A stretch of 64,000 bases of DNA from the IMG/VR virus record IMGVR_UViG_3300004097_000004; one strand, given 5' to 3'. Source of the stretch: an uncultured virus (IMG/VR IMGVR_UViG_3300004097_000004) (taxonomy: Duplodnaviria; Heunggongvirae; Uroviricota; Caudoviricetes; Schitoviridae). The notes below the pieces were generated by a model. That model ran no database searches and was not told the origin of the DNA. It saw only the letters and a program-made list of their open reading frames with translations. Made by a program: the position numbers and the translations under genes. Within the stretch, counting starts at the first letter, position 1; the number at the start of each line of letters is the position of its first letter. Below, piece after piece: positions 47,293-60,300 of the stretch.

Positions 47293-47305
47293 AAGGTATT
47301 AAACC

Positions 47306-47542
47306 ATGGATGCTTATCGTGTATTCCCAGATAGTATGAAGAATAAGTCGTATGATCAAATGAGTAAGGAAGAGCAAAAGCTCATGCGGGATTATGTTAA
47401 AATTTTTAAATACTACAACGAAGATAAAGCACAGTTAATATTTATAACTTTTTCTGATCACACACTATCAAGAGTATTAGTACCTGCCCAATCATTTAAA
47501 GCCAAAGTACGTAGATTTCTATACCGTACCTTTAATCCCTAG
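47306..47542 (+). CDS. Hypothetical protein
   Basis: AAGG RBS. Confidence 0.6.
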   Translation: MDAYRVFPDSMKNKSYDQMSKEEQKLMRDYVKIFKYYNEDKAQLIFITFSDHTLSRVLVPAQSFKAKVRRFLYRTFNP

Positions 47543-47599
47543 GAAACTATTACTTGATGTAGTAGTATTAACCCAACCAACTTATAAGAGAGTTTTAAA

Positions 47600-47821
47600 A
47601 TGGCCACATACGTATCATCATCTTCATCAGCAGGCGGTATCGGCTTCTTCGGTCTAGTCTATGCAGGTATCATCTTAGCTAAAGTATTTGGCTTTGTTGA
47701 TTGGTCTTGGTTCAACATTCTATTACCATTCACTATTGTATTTGGTATTATTGTATTCTGCTTTGTTGCATACTTACTTATCCTGTTAGTTGAGGGCATC
47801 TACAAGAAGTATAAAAAGTAG
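47600..47821 (+). CDS. Small membrane protein (GGIGF...LAK..G.VDWSW family)
   Basis: Widespread phage TM motif. Confidence 0.7.
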   Translation: MATYVSSSSSAGGIGFFGLVYAGIILAKVFGFVDWSWFNILLPFTIVFGIIVFCFVAYLLILLVEGIYKKYKK

Positions 47822-47840
47822 ACATAAAAAATTCCTATTT

Positions 47841-47870
47841 AAATATCCTACTGTGTTAGGATATTTTTTT
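47841..47870 (+). terminator. Terminator
   Basis: AAATATCCTA/TAGGATATTT followed by a T-run. Confidence 0.7.
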
Positions 47871-47893
47871 ATCTCAACTAAATAGGTATTGAT

Positions 47894-48256
47894 ATGGAAC
47901 GTAAAGAAGCACTAGGCGCAGTATACGGTAAAGAAACCATGATCGCTCATGAGACTGAACGCTTGCAGAAGATGCGAGATAACATTAAATTAGATGACCC
48001 ATCTAAGTTACCTGTACTCAGTGTTAAGCGCCAATCTCCAGTGACCCCTCACATGGTTACTATGAGCGTAGAACTATTAGCCCGCAACGCAGCCCTTAAA
48101 GCCATTGGTGATTGTGACAATATTGCTGATGAAGAAAATGCATTAGCTAATATTGCAGAAGCTGAAGCCAATGTATATGAAGCAGATACAACCACTGCTC
48201 CAACCAAAACAGTCAAGAAGACTACCGCCAAGAAAACGGAAACTTCTGACACTTAA
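47894..48256 (+). CDS. Hypothetical protein
   Basis: AGGT RBS; Thr/Lys-rich tail. Confidence 0.7.
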   Translation: MERKEALGAVYGKETMIAHETERLQKMRDNIKLDDPSKLPVLSVKRQSPVTPHMVTMSVELLARNAALKAIGDCDNIADEENALANIAEAEANVYEADTTTAPTKTVKKTTAKKTETSDT

Positions 48257-48310
48257 TCCTCGTGCCCTACAGGTCTAACAGTACCTGACACAAACTGTCC
48301 TAACATAAAG

Positions 48311-48337
48311 AAGCCCTCTATTTAAGAGGGCTTTTTA
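48311..48337. terminator. Terminator between convergent blocks
   Basis: AAGCCCTCT/AGAGGGCTT followed by a T-run. Confidence 0.8.
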
Positions 48338-48368
48338 TTATCTAACGAAAGCGTCAGGAACAATTAAT

Positions 48369-51300
48369 TTAATTGCCAAACAATCCAGTGATGGCATCTA
48401 CCGTAGTAATGTTAGCCACAGCCTCATCGTAGTTAAAGATACCTGCAGTGAATGGGTTGTTACCTATACGACCTAGAGCGAACGGATCCATAACACCTGC
48501 TAAACCAGTAAAGTGCTCCACACCTATGTGCTGTGCAATAGTACTACCTGCTTTCTCATTCAGTCTACTTAACAGAACCTGTTGGAAACGGATGAAGAAC
48601 TTAGTAAACATAAACAGACCCATACGGTTCATATAGTCTAAACCTTGGCTTGTAGGTACATCATAGTTAATGAAGTTATCCTGAGCCACAGCAATAGCGT
48701 CCTGCATACTCTTACCCTCTTTCATAAGTTTGGTAGTCAATGAATACTTGGCAGCCAAATCAGAGAACTGTGTGCTGTGAGCCATGAAATCATGTAATGG
48801 TGTACCCGGGTTAGTAACAGCCCAGTTGAAACCCTCAACAACTTGCTTGGGTATATTGTCACCAATCTCTTCCAGTTTCTTCTCAAAGTCAGATTTGAAA
48901 GCTGTATCATCCTTACCTACCTTAACGTCCTCAACGATAGTAGACATAAGACCTGCTTGCATGAAGTCATGCATAGGGTTACGTTCCATTGCTTTCATTA
49001 TCTTACTACGCTCACGTTTCAAGTCTCTAAGCTTATCAGCTCTGTTCTGATTGATGGCAAGCTCTGTCTCAATCTCAACAACACGTACAGCCAGTTTTCT
49101 GTATGAGCCACCATTACGCCATACACTCACAAAGTCTTTAGCCTGCTGAACAGGTGGTACACCATGCAGTGAAAGGAGTAATGAGTTGGCTACAATATTA
49201 CCAATTAGAACTTGTACGTTACGGATAACCACAAAGTCTTTAATCTGACTGATAGCATATTGCCAACTACGCTCACCTTGGATAGCACGCATCTGAGCCT
49301 TATCTTTAAATATGGCTGTAAGCACATTGGTCAAAATCATTTCAATAGCATTCTTCTCACCTGTCACTTTCTCAAACATCTTAGACATAGAGTAAGCTCT
49401 GAAACCAAATACAGAATTATAGACATTGGACCGGACTACGATAGGGTTGCCTTTACCAAATAATTTAGTGGCTTCATTCTTAAATGCATAAGGCATCATT
49501 CTGTACATGGTACGTACATTCTCATCAGATGAGTTAGGATCAAGAGTCACAAACTGTCTTGGATCATTAGCATAACTGGCTGCGAAGTCTTTATGCAGCT
49601 TCTGTGCTAAGTCAATCTGAGACTCCCTAATCTCAGGCTTGAACTGAATGTTACTCTCTAAGGCACCAAGTAAATCAATAGCATTGTTATTACGCTCTAA
49701 GTAAGTATCCCGCAGTGCACCACTCATCTCATAGCCATAGCTTATCAGTGTACCCTCAGACGCATAGTTAGCGATCAACGTACCTCGCTTAGAAGTATTT
49801 GGGTCAAACGCTGTATAACGCTTGCTAGCAGCCCTGTTTCTACGGTCAGCTAGCTTTGCAGCCTGAACACGGTTAAGGTCTTGCATACCCCCTTCATCGT
49901 ACACTGTAGTACCCTTGGCATGAGTGTCTTTCATATCTAAGGCACCAGACACGTAATCCTGATATGAGATGTCATTATGAAACATCAAAGTTCTAGCTGA
50001 AGTTCTATCATGACTATCCTGTTTAAGATCACCTGGCGTTACCTCAACCCATCCTGCACTCTTCAATGAGTCAATCTCTTCAACAGTGTCCGCAAACTTC
50101 AGAGAGCGTAAGTGGTGAGTCTCCTGTGGCATATAACCCTTAGAGAAGTTATACGGGTTATCATTGAAGTCCTCTTTACTACGGGTAATCATATCTCTGT
50201 GAGCCTTTATAGTAGCTTCTACACCGTTAGGGTCTAAAGCTATCAACTCTTTAAGACTTGTACGATTAACCTTATCTGTCATGGTTACAGCATACAGACT
50301 GGCTAACACATCAATGTTATCACGTAGGTCAGTATCCATATCAGACATAGAAGACTCATACCAACTACCTAAACCAATAGCAATGCTCTCAGCATTCTTG
50401 ACCATGTGATCAGTGGCTACTTCTTTTGCCATATATAAACCAAGTGATTTAGTCTGCATTAGCATGTCATTACCGTTAGGTAGATTGGCTAGCTTGCTTT
50501 CATAGTTAGCAATCTCTGTTTGCAGTTTGCTGTCATCAGTAAGTAGTTGCATAACTTTCTTAATACTAAAGCCATTGTTCATAAGGCTAGACATGTCAGT
50601 ACGCAATGCAACCTGAGTCATACTATTCATCATGTCTTTACCAATATCTTTGGCACCGTCTTTAAAGTATTTAAGAATGATAGCCTTGGCCTGAGTCTTA
50701 ACAGTGTTACGTGTTTGACCTGCCTTACTTACTGCACGGATACTCTGCTCTACTTCTTGCTTCATACCTTGTGTACGTGCAAGCTCATTAAGTATCTCAC
50801 CAAAGCCTGATTGACGGTTACTACCATCTCTACCTGCTGCAGCATCATTAGCCACTACTTGGCTTACCAATCCCATGACACCTGTACGCTCTGTCTTAGC
50901 AGCGGCAGACAATACACTAGACAATCCTGATATTGCAGTAGTACTACTTGCAGCAAGATTAAGGCCTTTGAACATGGCTTTAACTAACTTATCTGTCACA
51001 AAGTTGGCCGGTGTTGTAACAGTGCTAGTCACAGCGTTGTACACATTATCAATCATATGTGTTTTGTTGGCTCTGGCCTTAGCATCAATGTTAGCCAAAT
51101 TTTTGAATAGTACATCAAGCTCTGATGGAGTGTCTAAGCCATTAGTACTCATGTACTTAGAGGTTATCCAACTGACCATATCTGCAAACACAGCCATGAT
51201 CTTATTGAACCAACCCTCATTCACTTCAGCTTTAATACTATTTTCTTGCTTGCTAAGAATGCCTCTGAACTCTGCACTGCTTAGTGATAGTGCATACAGA

Positions 51301-54300
51301 CGCTCTAGATGCTCTTGCTTATTCAACTTGTCATTGTTCATAACATAACCAAGCTGCTTACGTGCAATAGCTTTCTCAGTAGCTGTAGCAGTAGATGGGT
51401 CTTTAAGGAAGTCCTCAACCTTTAACTGTCTGATTATGTTGTCATAGATTTTAGACATCTGTGCTGCAGTCTTACTTCCACTATGTTTATCAAGATACGT
51501 CTTACCCACAGCTTTAAGTATCTCCATAACATGCAGCTCTTTATCAGATAAAGTGAAGCCTGCATTAAGCGCACGTTGACTGACTTTCTTTATAATGTCA
51601 TCAGTCTTCTTAGCTTCTTGAGCACTACTCTCATAGTTAGGGGTAATGATAGAATCAATCAAACCATCTAAGTGTGCATCAAACTCATTTGAGATAGAAC
51701 CTTTACCTAATGACTTCAGTACATCAGAGCTTCTAGCGGTATTGAAGTTAATAGTACCTTGTCTGCTCTGCTGATATGAGCCTTTACTCACTGCATCGGC
51801 TAGACGCATAAAGGTGTTCACATTGTTATCAAACTTCTTACTACCACCAAAGAAATCAGTAACAGCTTTAATGAATGCACGTAGTCCCGTACTGGCTTTA
51901 CCAGTAGGTGCTGTGTATTTACCTTTAAGGTTTTCACCGATGAATTGCAGGAAATCTGACTCTGTTAAGCCATACGCAATTAGCTCTTCTACGTTCTCCA
52001 GTTCACGTGTGACTGTGAACCTGTTCTGATCTACTCCACGTAACTCAGTTAACATATCACGTAGCTGCTGCACTGCTTCCTGTGTTACAGGGTCTGTACT
52101 CTTAGTGATATTGTGCACAGATACTGCATGGATTATCTCATGAGCCAACACAACAATCTTTTCACCTGCAGGTATTTTAGAGAACACTTTTCTAGACAAC
52201 TGAATTATGTTGTCATTACCTGCATAATAACCTTGATAACTAGAGTTGTTATTAGGGCCAATAATTTCAGGCACCCATTCAAACTTAATATCAGGATTAG
52301 TGGCAGCCAGTCTATTAGTTACGTAGTCCATAAGAGTTTTTACTGGTGTCACACTACCACCAAGTTCTTCATCAAACTCTGTGAATAATTCAGTCATTGT
52401 TTGAACACCAGTAATCTCTACAGACTCTTCAACCTCGGAAGGGCCCTTTTTTTGGTCTAACACTTTAGTATTAATTTCAAGAATAGCACCCATTGAATCT
52501 AGTAAATCATTGGCTTTACTCTCTGCTTCATCTACTAACTTACTATCACTATTAGAAGTTAGGTATGGAGCGCCTTCACCCGCATACTGATGCACTGTCT
52601 CAAGTCTACGGATGATATCAATCTTATTGGCCTGTGAAGTTCTCACATCGTCTATGATGTTACGTAGTTGATTATTCAAAGAACGTGCACTCGTATCAGT
52701 CATTTTACTTCCGTTGATACCATTAATACCACTTACCACGATATCTCTGTACATAGCTTTATTGACTTCACCAGACTCAACCATAGCTGCTACAGCTGTG
52801 AATGTATCAATCATGGTTTTAAGAGATTGGGTCTGTGTAGCGTAATCTCGTAGTCCCTCATACGTAGCTTTGTTCTGCATGTTAACCATAGCTCTAAAAC
52901 CAGTTAAACCACTGATACCTGCATCATGCACATTGATATTTACCTGACCACCAAACGCACTTGTCCAACCGGCAATGAACGCATCCATACCTTGAACCTG
53001 AGCTGAGTTACCAAAGACACCTACTGACTTCTGTATCTGCTCTTTGACTGGTAGGTTAGAACTCGCTTCAATCAATACACCATCCGCATTTACACGATAA
53101 CCAATTGACTTACTCTGACGGTCTTGTTCAACCTTAGATGTTTCATCAAGCATAACGAAGTTGCCTTCATTGTTATCACTTGAATGGTTGTATGGTGTTT
53201 TAACTGTAGGTACTAAAGCCATTAATTTAGGTGCTACATTCTCAGTAAAGTATTTAGCAGGCATGCCTTCAGCTTTAAACAATTTGTCTGCTTTATCCTT
53301 AGTCATACCACTATCAACTAGAGTCTGTACATAGGCTTCATTACCCTGCTTGACCAGTACATCACGCACAGTTAAATAAGCTTCAGAGGCAGCTCCCTGT
53401 ATTCTGACGTTAAGGTCACGTTGTTCAATAAAGTCTGCAGCATATTCCTGCATAGCTTTCTCAACAACACCGCCAAGTTCAGCTTCATACTTAGTACCTA
53501 GTTTATTGAGTGTCTTCATATCAAACCAATACTCTAAGATATCCTTACCTGTAGGTAGATCAATCTCAGTGCCTGACAGATACTCTAAATTATCCTTTAG
53601 TAGTTTATGTTCAGCTACAACTTTAGGGTCACTAAAATCTTTCTTAGCTAACTGTTTCATAGTACCTTTAACGTCTTGTAGGAATTGACCATAAGCCAAT
53701 GACTTAATACGCTTCATGCCTGCACTATAACCAAATGGAATTAGTAGTGCTTTCATATTGGCACGCTCAAAGAACGAAGTGTTTAAACGCAGTAATATGG
53801 CTTGGTCAGTTGGTTTACCCTTAGCATTTAACAAGTTCTTACCCTGATTCCACTTACTTGTGAATACCTTTTTAAGAACAGTACCAAACCCTTCATAGTA
53901 ATCCTGTAAATCCTTATCAGTACGAGTATCAAAGAAGTTGCTGTACTTACTACCTTTCACGAACATACCCACCTGAGATAGGAACCTGTCAGTAGCTGTG
54001 CCTAGAGATACATTGGCTAGTGCAATACCATTGTTAACACCATCAGAGTGAATACCAATACGTGTATTGAAACTTACATCACCTGACTCTAAAGCCATGG
54101 TTAATTTAGTATATTCCAGTAGACCACGTAGAGACTCTGCACCACCCTTCCATACAGCCACCAGTTCAGCAATCTTTGCAGTATCTGCTTTAGACATGTT
54201 GTTAGGCTTTGTAAGGAGGTTACGAGCTGCTGCGACTGCTTCAGCTACCAATGGGTCAGTAGACATGTACTCATGGAATGCAGGCAAGAACACCTCACCT

Positions 54301-57300
54301 GGAATCTTGTCTTGAGTAAACCCTTTGCTGTACTTAGTACCTTCTAATGCTTTCTCAATGATTTTCTCAGTACCCTCTGCTCTCTCACCCAGTGCTTTGT
54401 AGAATAGGCCAAGTTCAGATAGTTGACCATCTTCATTAAAGAAATTAGGCACATCTGCACGCAAACCATCTAACTCAACTGTAGAATTGAAGTTGTCGTA
54501 TTGACCCATAGAACGATGCAATAAGCTGCTCTGGAAGTTGAACATGTTAGAGTTATAATGCATACGGTTGTTCTTAGCTCCATAAACACCATCATAAAAT
54601 CTAACCAGTTCACCATCTGCTTGTCTAGGTAAGCTACCAATGAAGTCATTGGCATTCTCTAAATCCCGCATGATACCTTCAGCAGCAGACACTAGACTTG
54701 CTCTATCATCTTTATGTTCTTCTGCCAGTGCTTCATCTGTTACTAGTGCACCAATCATCTGCAATGCAGCATCTCTGTCCACACTGATTAGAGTGTTAAG
54801 TGACTTAAACATATCCTCATCAATAGATATGGCTTCGTCCTGCATCTTCTTAGTGAATACAGTTTGGATAGCTGACGTTACTGCTTTAGTACGCTTGATG
54901 GTTGTCTTAACCTTACTGCTAGGTTCTAACGTAGGCGCGCGTAAACCAATCTCAATACCAAACACTTTCTCCATATAACCAAGAGTGTTCTTGTTCTTAA
55001 ATGCAATTTCATTTAAACGTCTATTCTTCTGACCACCATTCACACCACTTACTGAAATGAAGTTAACAACACCATTTGTATTTAGTGCTTGTGTGCTGCC
55101 ACCTCTAAGAGTTGTATCAAGATCGCCACCTACATACTCAATGTTAGCAATATGCTGTGTGGTAGGTATTGTGTGTAAGTGGATTAAGTTAGCTGATTGC
55201 ATAGCGTTGATAGCCCACTCACCTAAGCTACTCTCAAAGGCAGATTGAGCTTCCAATTTAACAAAGTCAGTAGCTTTGATGTTCATAGCACCTGCGGCCG
55301 CTTTACCTATACTAAGCATACTGTATGTTTTTATCTCAGTAAGGAACTGATACTGCTCTCTGATACGGTCAGGTATATAAGCATCTTCATCCGGATTAAG
55401 GTTTAAGAATTTTTTGATATCTTTATCATTTGACAGATTTTTATTACCAAACTCAATCGCCCAGTTATAGGTAGCTAGTGCCACAGATGTGAGAGTGTTC
55501 TCATCAATCTGCCCATCTTCTTGTAAGAAGCCTTTCAAATCCTGATAATTGAAGTCAGCTCCAGTTTTATCTGATTTACCTTTACTCTTGAACGTATCTA
55601 ATAGATGCTGTGACAACTCATCTCTATAAGCCAAGAAGTCTACTAACTGATCTCTCTGTGCCTTTGTAGGGCTTTCAGACACGAGTGAACCCAATCCTTG
55701 CATTAGATCAATCTTTAGCTTAGACGCTAGATTAGCCACACCTGATAAAGGCTTAGACTTGGCAGCTACTTGAGTGAAACCGGCCAGTAGTTGATTGCGC
55801 TGCCAGAACTCTTTACTACGCTCAATCTCTACCTCTTCCTTGATAACATCTTGGAATACCTTGGCTTTACCACCCTCACTTGATTTGAAGTTAACCTCAT
55901 TATTCTTAGACTGAAGCTCTACGGTACGTGATGTGATATCCATCATACGGTCAAACAAAGTAGCTGTTTGGTCGTTACTGGCAATGTTAAAGAACGTGCG
56001 TAAGCTATTAGTTATTTTACGGAATAAGCTACTCTTAACCTTACCCTCAGTAGTAGACACAGAACGTAGGAACTTACCGATAGCAGGGTCACTTACTACA
56101 GCACCTAGTAATTTCTCATTACTAGATAGAGCATCTAATAGTCTGGCTTTCTCTTTACGTGTAAGACCCATGTACTCTTTACCGCTGAGAGTAACAATAC
56201 GCTCAATATCACGCTTGGCTTTAGACAAATCATAGTTAAGCTGAACCATCTGTTTACCTTCAGCTTTGATATTCTCATACGTACTGTCTTGCAAACGAAT
56301 AGCCAAATTAGCAGTAGCACTGTACACAACCATACGTGTAGTTTCTTGTAGGATATTACTACCCTTACTATTAACCTTTACGTAGATAGTATTGTTGGAT
56401 TTATCATAGCTACTTGCTTTCACTGTCTCAGACAAACGTATCTTTAAGCCGGGATTAAAATTAAGAATAGGCTTAATGATTGAAGTATATAACTTACGTT
56501 CTTTAGTACTGACTGTCTCTGACTCAATGTAATCAAACAGAGTGTCAATAACAGGCTCAATTACTGTAGCTTTACGTAGCTCTTTAGGGAAAGTACGCCC
56601 CTTAACATTATCAAGTTCAGGTGTAGTATCTACACTTGCTTCGCTGCTATCTGTTTGTTGTAACACCTGCTTAATACCATTATCTGCTTCAATCTGATCA
56701 ATGATATCGCCATCAGTCATCATGTCATCAAATTCTAGTATGCTACGTACGTTCTTACCTTCAATATCGGTATTGTCCAGTACAACTTTTGCTACTCTGT
56801 TATCTGACTTATTACGCACAATATTAAGCGACCATTGACCACCAGTATTACTAGGGCCACTATAGTTGTTTCTGTATCCACGCTTACCAACAGTAGAAGT
56901 AGTGGTTAACTCATTACTACCTTGTTGTGGTTCAAGTGGGTTAGAAGCCACAGTAGATAGCTTACCTTTACTATTTACAGCACTTCGCTTAGGTACAACC
57001 TTTCTAGGTGCATTAGCCAGTAGAGTAGTATTATCTACTCCTAATTTGCTCTGTAGCTGTTCTTGTAGGTAAGCGTACGTCTTAGGTGCATTGGCCTTTA
57101 ACTTCGCCCCTACGCCCACATCAGGGAACATTACGTTACCTGTTTCAGCAGTAGCTAATACCTTATCAATAGCTGCAGTATTTTTATCTAATGTTTCATC
57201 TGTAGCAACATTTAACCCATATTGATTTTTCTCATTAAAACCAAATGTATCATCAGTTAAATAGATCGCATCATCTACAGTGTCATCTTGCTCAGCAAAT

Positions 57301-60300
57301 ACTGTTGCAGGATTAACTGGTACTACAGGGGTTGGAGACACACTCACAGGAGGCACAGCAGCCGTAGGCGTAGGTGCCGATGCAGTAGTAGTCGTTACAG
57401 GCGTAGTGGGTGTAGGCACGACCACAGGAGCTGTTACCGTTGATGCTACAACTGGGTTCTGTGTATTAATCAAGGTGCTTGATATAACACCCATTGCTTC
57501 CCTAAAATCAGACAGATCATTAGCTTCTGACTGGATAGCTTTAGTTAAACGGTTAGGCCCATTAAATGATAAACCACCTGCTTTCTTAAATTCTGCTTCT
57601 GTGTAAGCACTACGGTCAACAATACCCCATTCATTATTTTCATTAGGAGCAATGGTCAAAGGATTATCACGAGTAGCTGCAGCTATGTTGTCTTGGATTA
57701 ATGTATTTTTACTTGCATGGTTATCTACAAAGTTATCAAGCATACCTAAATACTTATCGGCAGTGTCAGTGTCATTCGTACTTATACTACGAGTGATCAC
57801 TTCTTCATACTGTTGAATACCCAAATTAGACTCTAAAGTAGTAGCACCTTTCTTACCCTTATAGATTTCTGTGCTAACTTTATCAATGTCATTACCTGAT
57901 TTGATTTTCTCTTTGATACCTAACAGTTTACGTAAAGCCACTTTCTGCGCTTGACTGTAAAGAGGACTCTCTTCAATCTCTTTCTCACCTAACACAGAGA
58001 CTAAATCTCTTTTACTTTTGCTTATGTACTTCTCATTTTCGTCTATGAAGGCATCAGTAGATTCTATAAATTCCTCAATGTTTTCTTCTTCTGTAATATC
58101 TACTTCTTCATCAAAAGGAATATCAAGAGGTGCAATCTCTTCAGCATCATAGTCTACCGTTTCTTCTGTATTCTCAGCACTAGATTGACCTGCAATCCTA
58201 CCTGTAACAGACACGTGAATATGACCACCTGTAGCCCCCTCAGACGGATTAGTATATTCATTAAGAACTTTGATTGTGAAACCCTGAGCTTTAGCAGATG
58301 CTTCCAACTTCTTAACGATATCAGCACTTTTAGCTTTGGCTTCAGCTTGCGTACCTTTAATACTGAAATCAAATGCCTGTCCTTTAGGGTGTTGACCGCC
58401 ACGACTACCATGGAAATCATCATTAAAAGATGCAAAATGAACTAGTTCATCACCAACTAAGTCTTGAGTTACTTTAGCAAAGTCAGCAGTATATCCACGT
58501 ACTTCACCATTACCTATAGATTCACCACTCTTAATACGTAGACCTTTTAACTTATCATTACTGACAAAACCATTACCTGAATTGGTAGCAGTACCTACTG
58601 ATCCACCACCTAAGTAACCACGTACTTTACCTACATAACCATCTACTTCAGCTTTACGTGCTGCACTGCCTGAGAATGTACCATTCTTATAGCTACGTAC
58701 ACCGCCACGGCCTGCATTGTATGCAAGGATAGCGTCATCCCAATTGCCAAACTCTTTATATGACTTAGCTAAATCTTGTACGGTAGCATCTACAGCAGCA
58801 TTAGTAACACCAATACTATCCCCTGTTCTTAAGCCATATTCTTTACGGAATATACCAGTGTGTTGTAGTAGACCTACCGCACCTGTTGGACTCTTAGCTG
58901 AGAACTTACCTCCTGACTCTGTTGCAACAATAGCTGTAATTACCCGCATAGGTACACCAAATTTCTCTGATGCTTCTTTGAAGTAAGGAACTTTAGCTAC
59001 AGCAGATTTAGACACTTCCCAAGTTTTACGTTGGTCATCAGACATGTGAGAAGTATCGTCAGAATTAGCAATACCTGTTGAAGTGGTAGATACTTGGTCA
59101 TCTGATCTTGATGGAGTATAACTACCTATCTCTGTACCTCTATCTGCAATAGCTGCATCGTAGCGGGCAGCACGTACTGAAGCAGTGCTTTCAAGTGACT
59201 TAGACACATTGCCTATCATTTCTCTGCTCTGCTCAATAATCTCAGCCTTATTAGCTTTAACACTATTGATATGGTTTTTAACTTCAGCTTCCATTGGTGC
59301 CACATACTTAGCTTCAAACTCTATCAAGTCATTGATAAGCTTTGTCTGTGTTGCAATATCTGTCTCACTGTCAATTGCTTTTTCCATTTCGTCTACACGT
59401 GTGTAGATAGCTTTACTTGCAGCAACAACAGTAAGCTCCGCTTGTGCACGCTCTTCAGGATTACTTGAACCACTCTTGAATAGTGCATCTTTATACGCGC
59501 GTACAGGATTGAATTTATCACTGGTGATATCAACGTTTTCTTCAGCTGTACCATTCTTTCTAGTATCTCTCTGCTCTATAGCAGTACCTACATCAGCTGT
59601 GGCGCTACCTACGACTCCTGGAAGTGTTGTGGCTACGTTAGCATTTATCCCAATTAGCAGACCCTGTGTACCGGCTGCTAGAGCACCCTGATCCAAACGA
59701 ATACGTTTATCCCAGTTATCTATTACTTTCTCGGCAGACTCACCTAAGAACTCTTCTACACCCTCTACTGGAGCACCTATAGCAGCACCTTTAAGAGTAC
59801 GAGCACTGTTACCTGCCATACCTGATAGGATTGTATCCATATCGCCATGTGGGGCTAGTCTTGCGAAACCACCAGTAATACCACCCACAGTTAGGCCTTT
59901 GGCAGCAGCAGCCATAATAGTGCGAGCATCTACATCGTTGTTAGGGTCATCAGCAGCTTCTGAGATAGCGTTACCAAATACTGTACCACTGGTAGCTGTA
60001 CCTACTCTTGCAGCTGCACTCATCTTGTTTAAGCCACGAATACCACTGACAACCTTACCACCTGTGTACATCTCAACCACTGACTGAGGAAGTACCTTAG
60101 CAGTATCAAGTAGTAGCATATCAGGATTATCTTTGTAGTAACCTGCAACAGCTCCTGCACGATCTGTCTCAGACATGTTGGTATTCTTCATGATACCGTC
60201 TAATAAAGCTTGCTTGTTCTTAACAAGATCAGACTTATTCTCTTGTAAGAATTCCTTGGCTTGGTTTAACCCTAGTGCCTGCTTAGTGTTATTGATAGTT

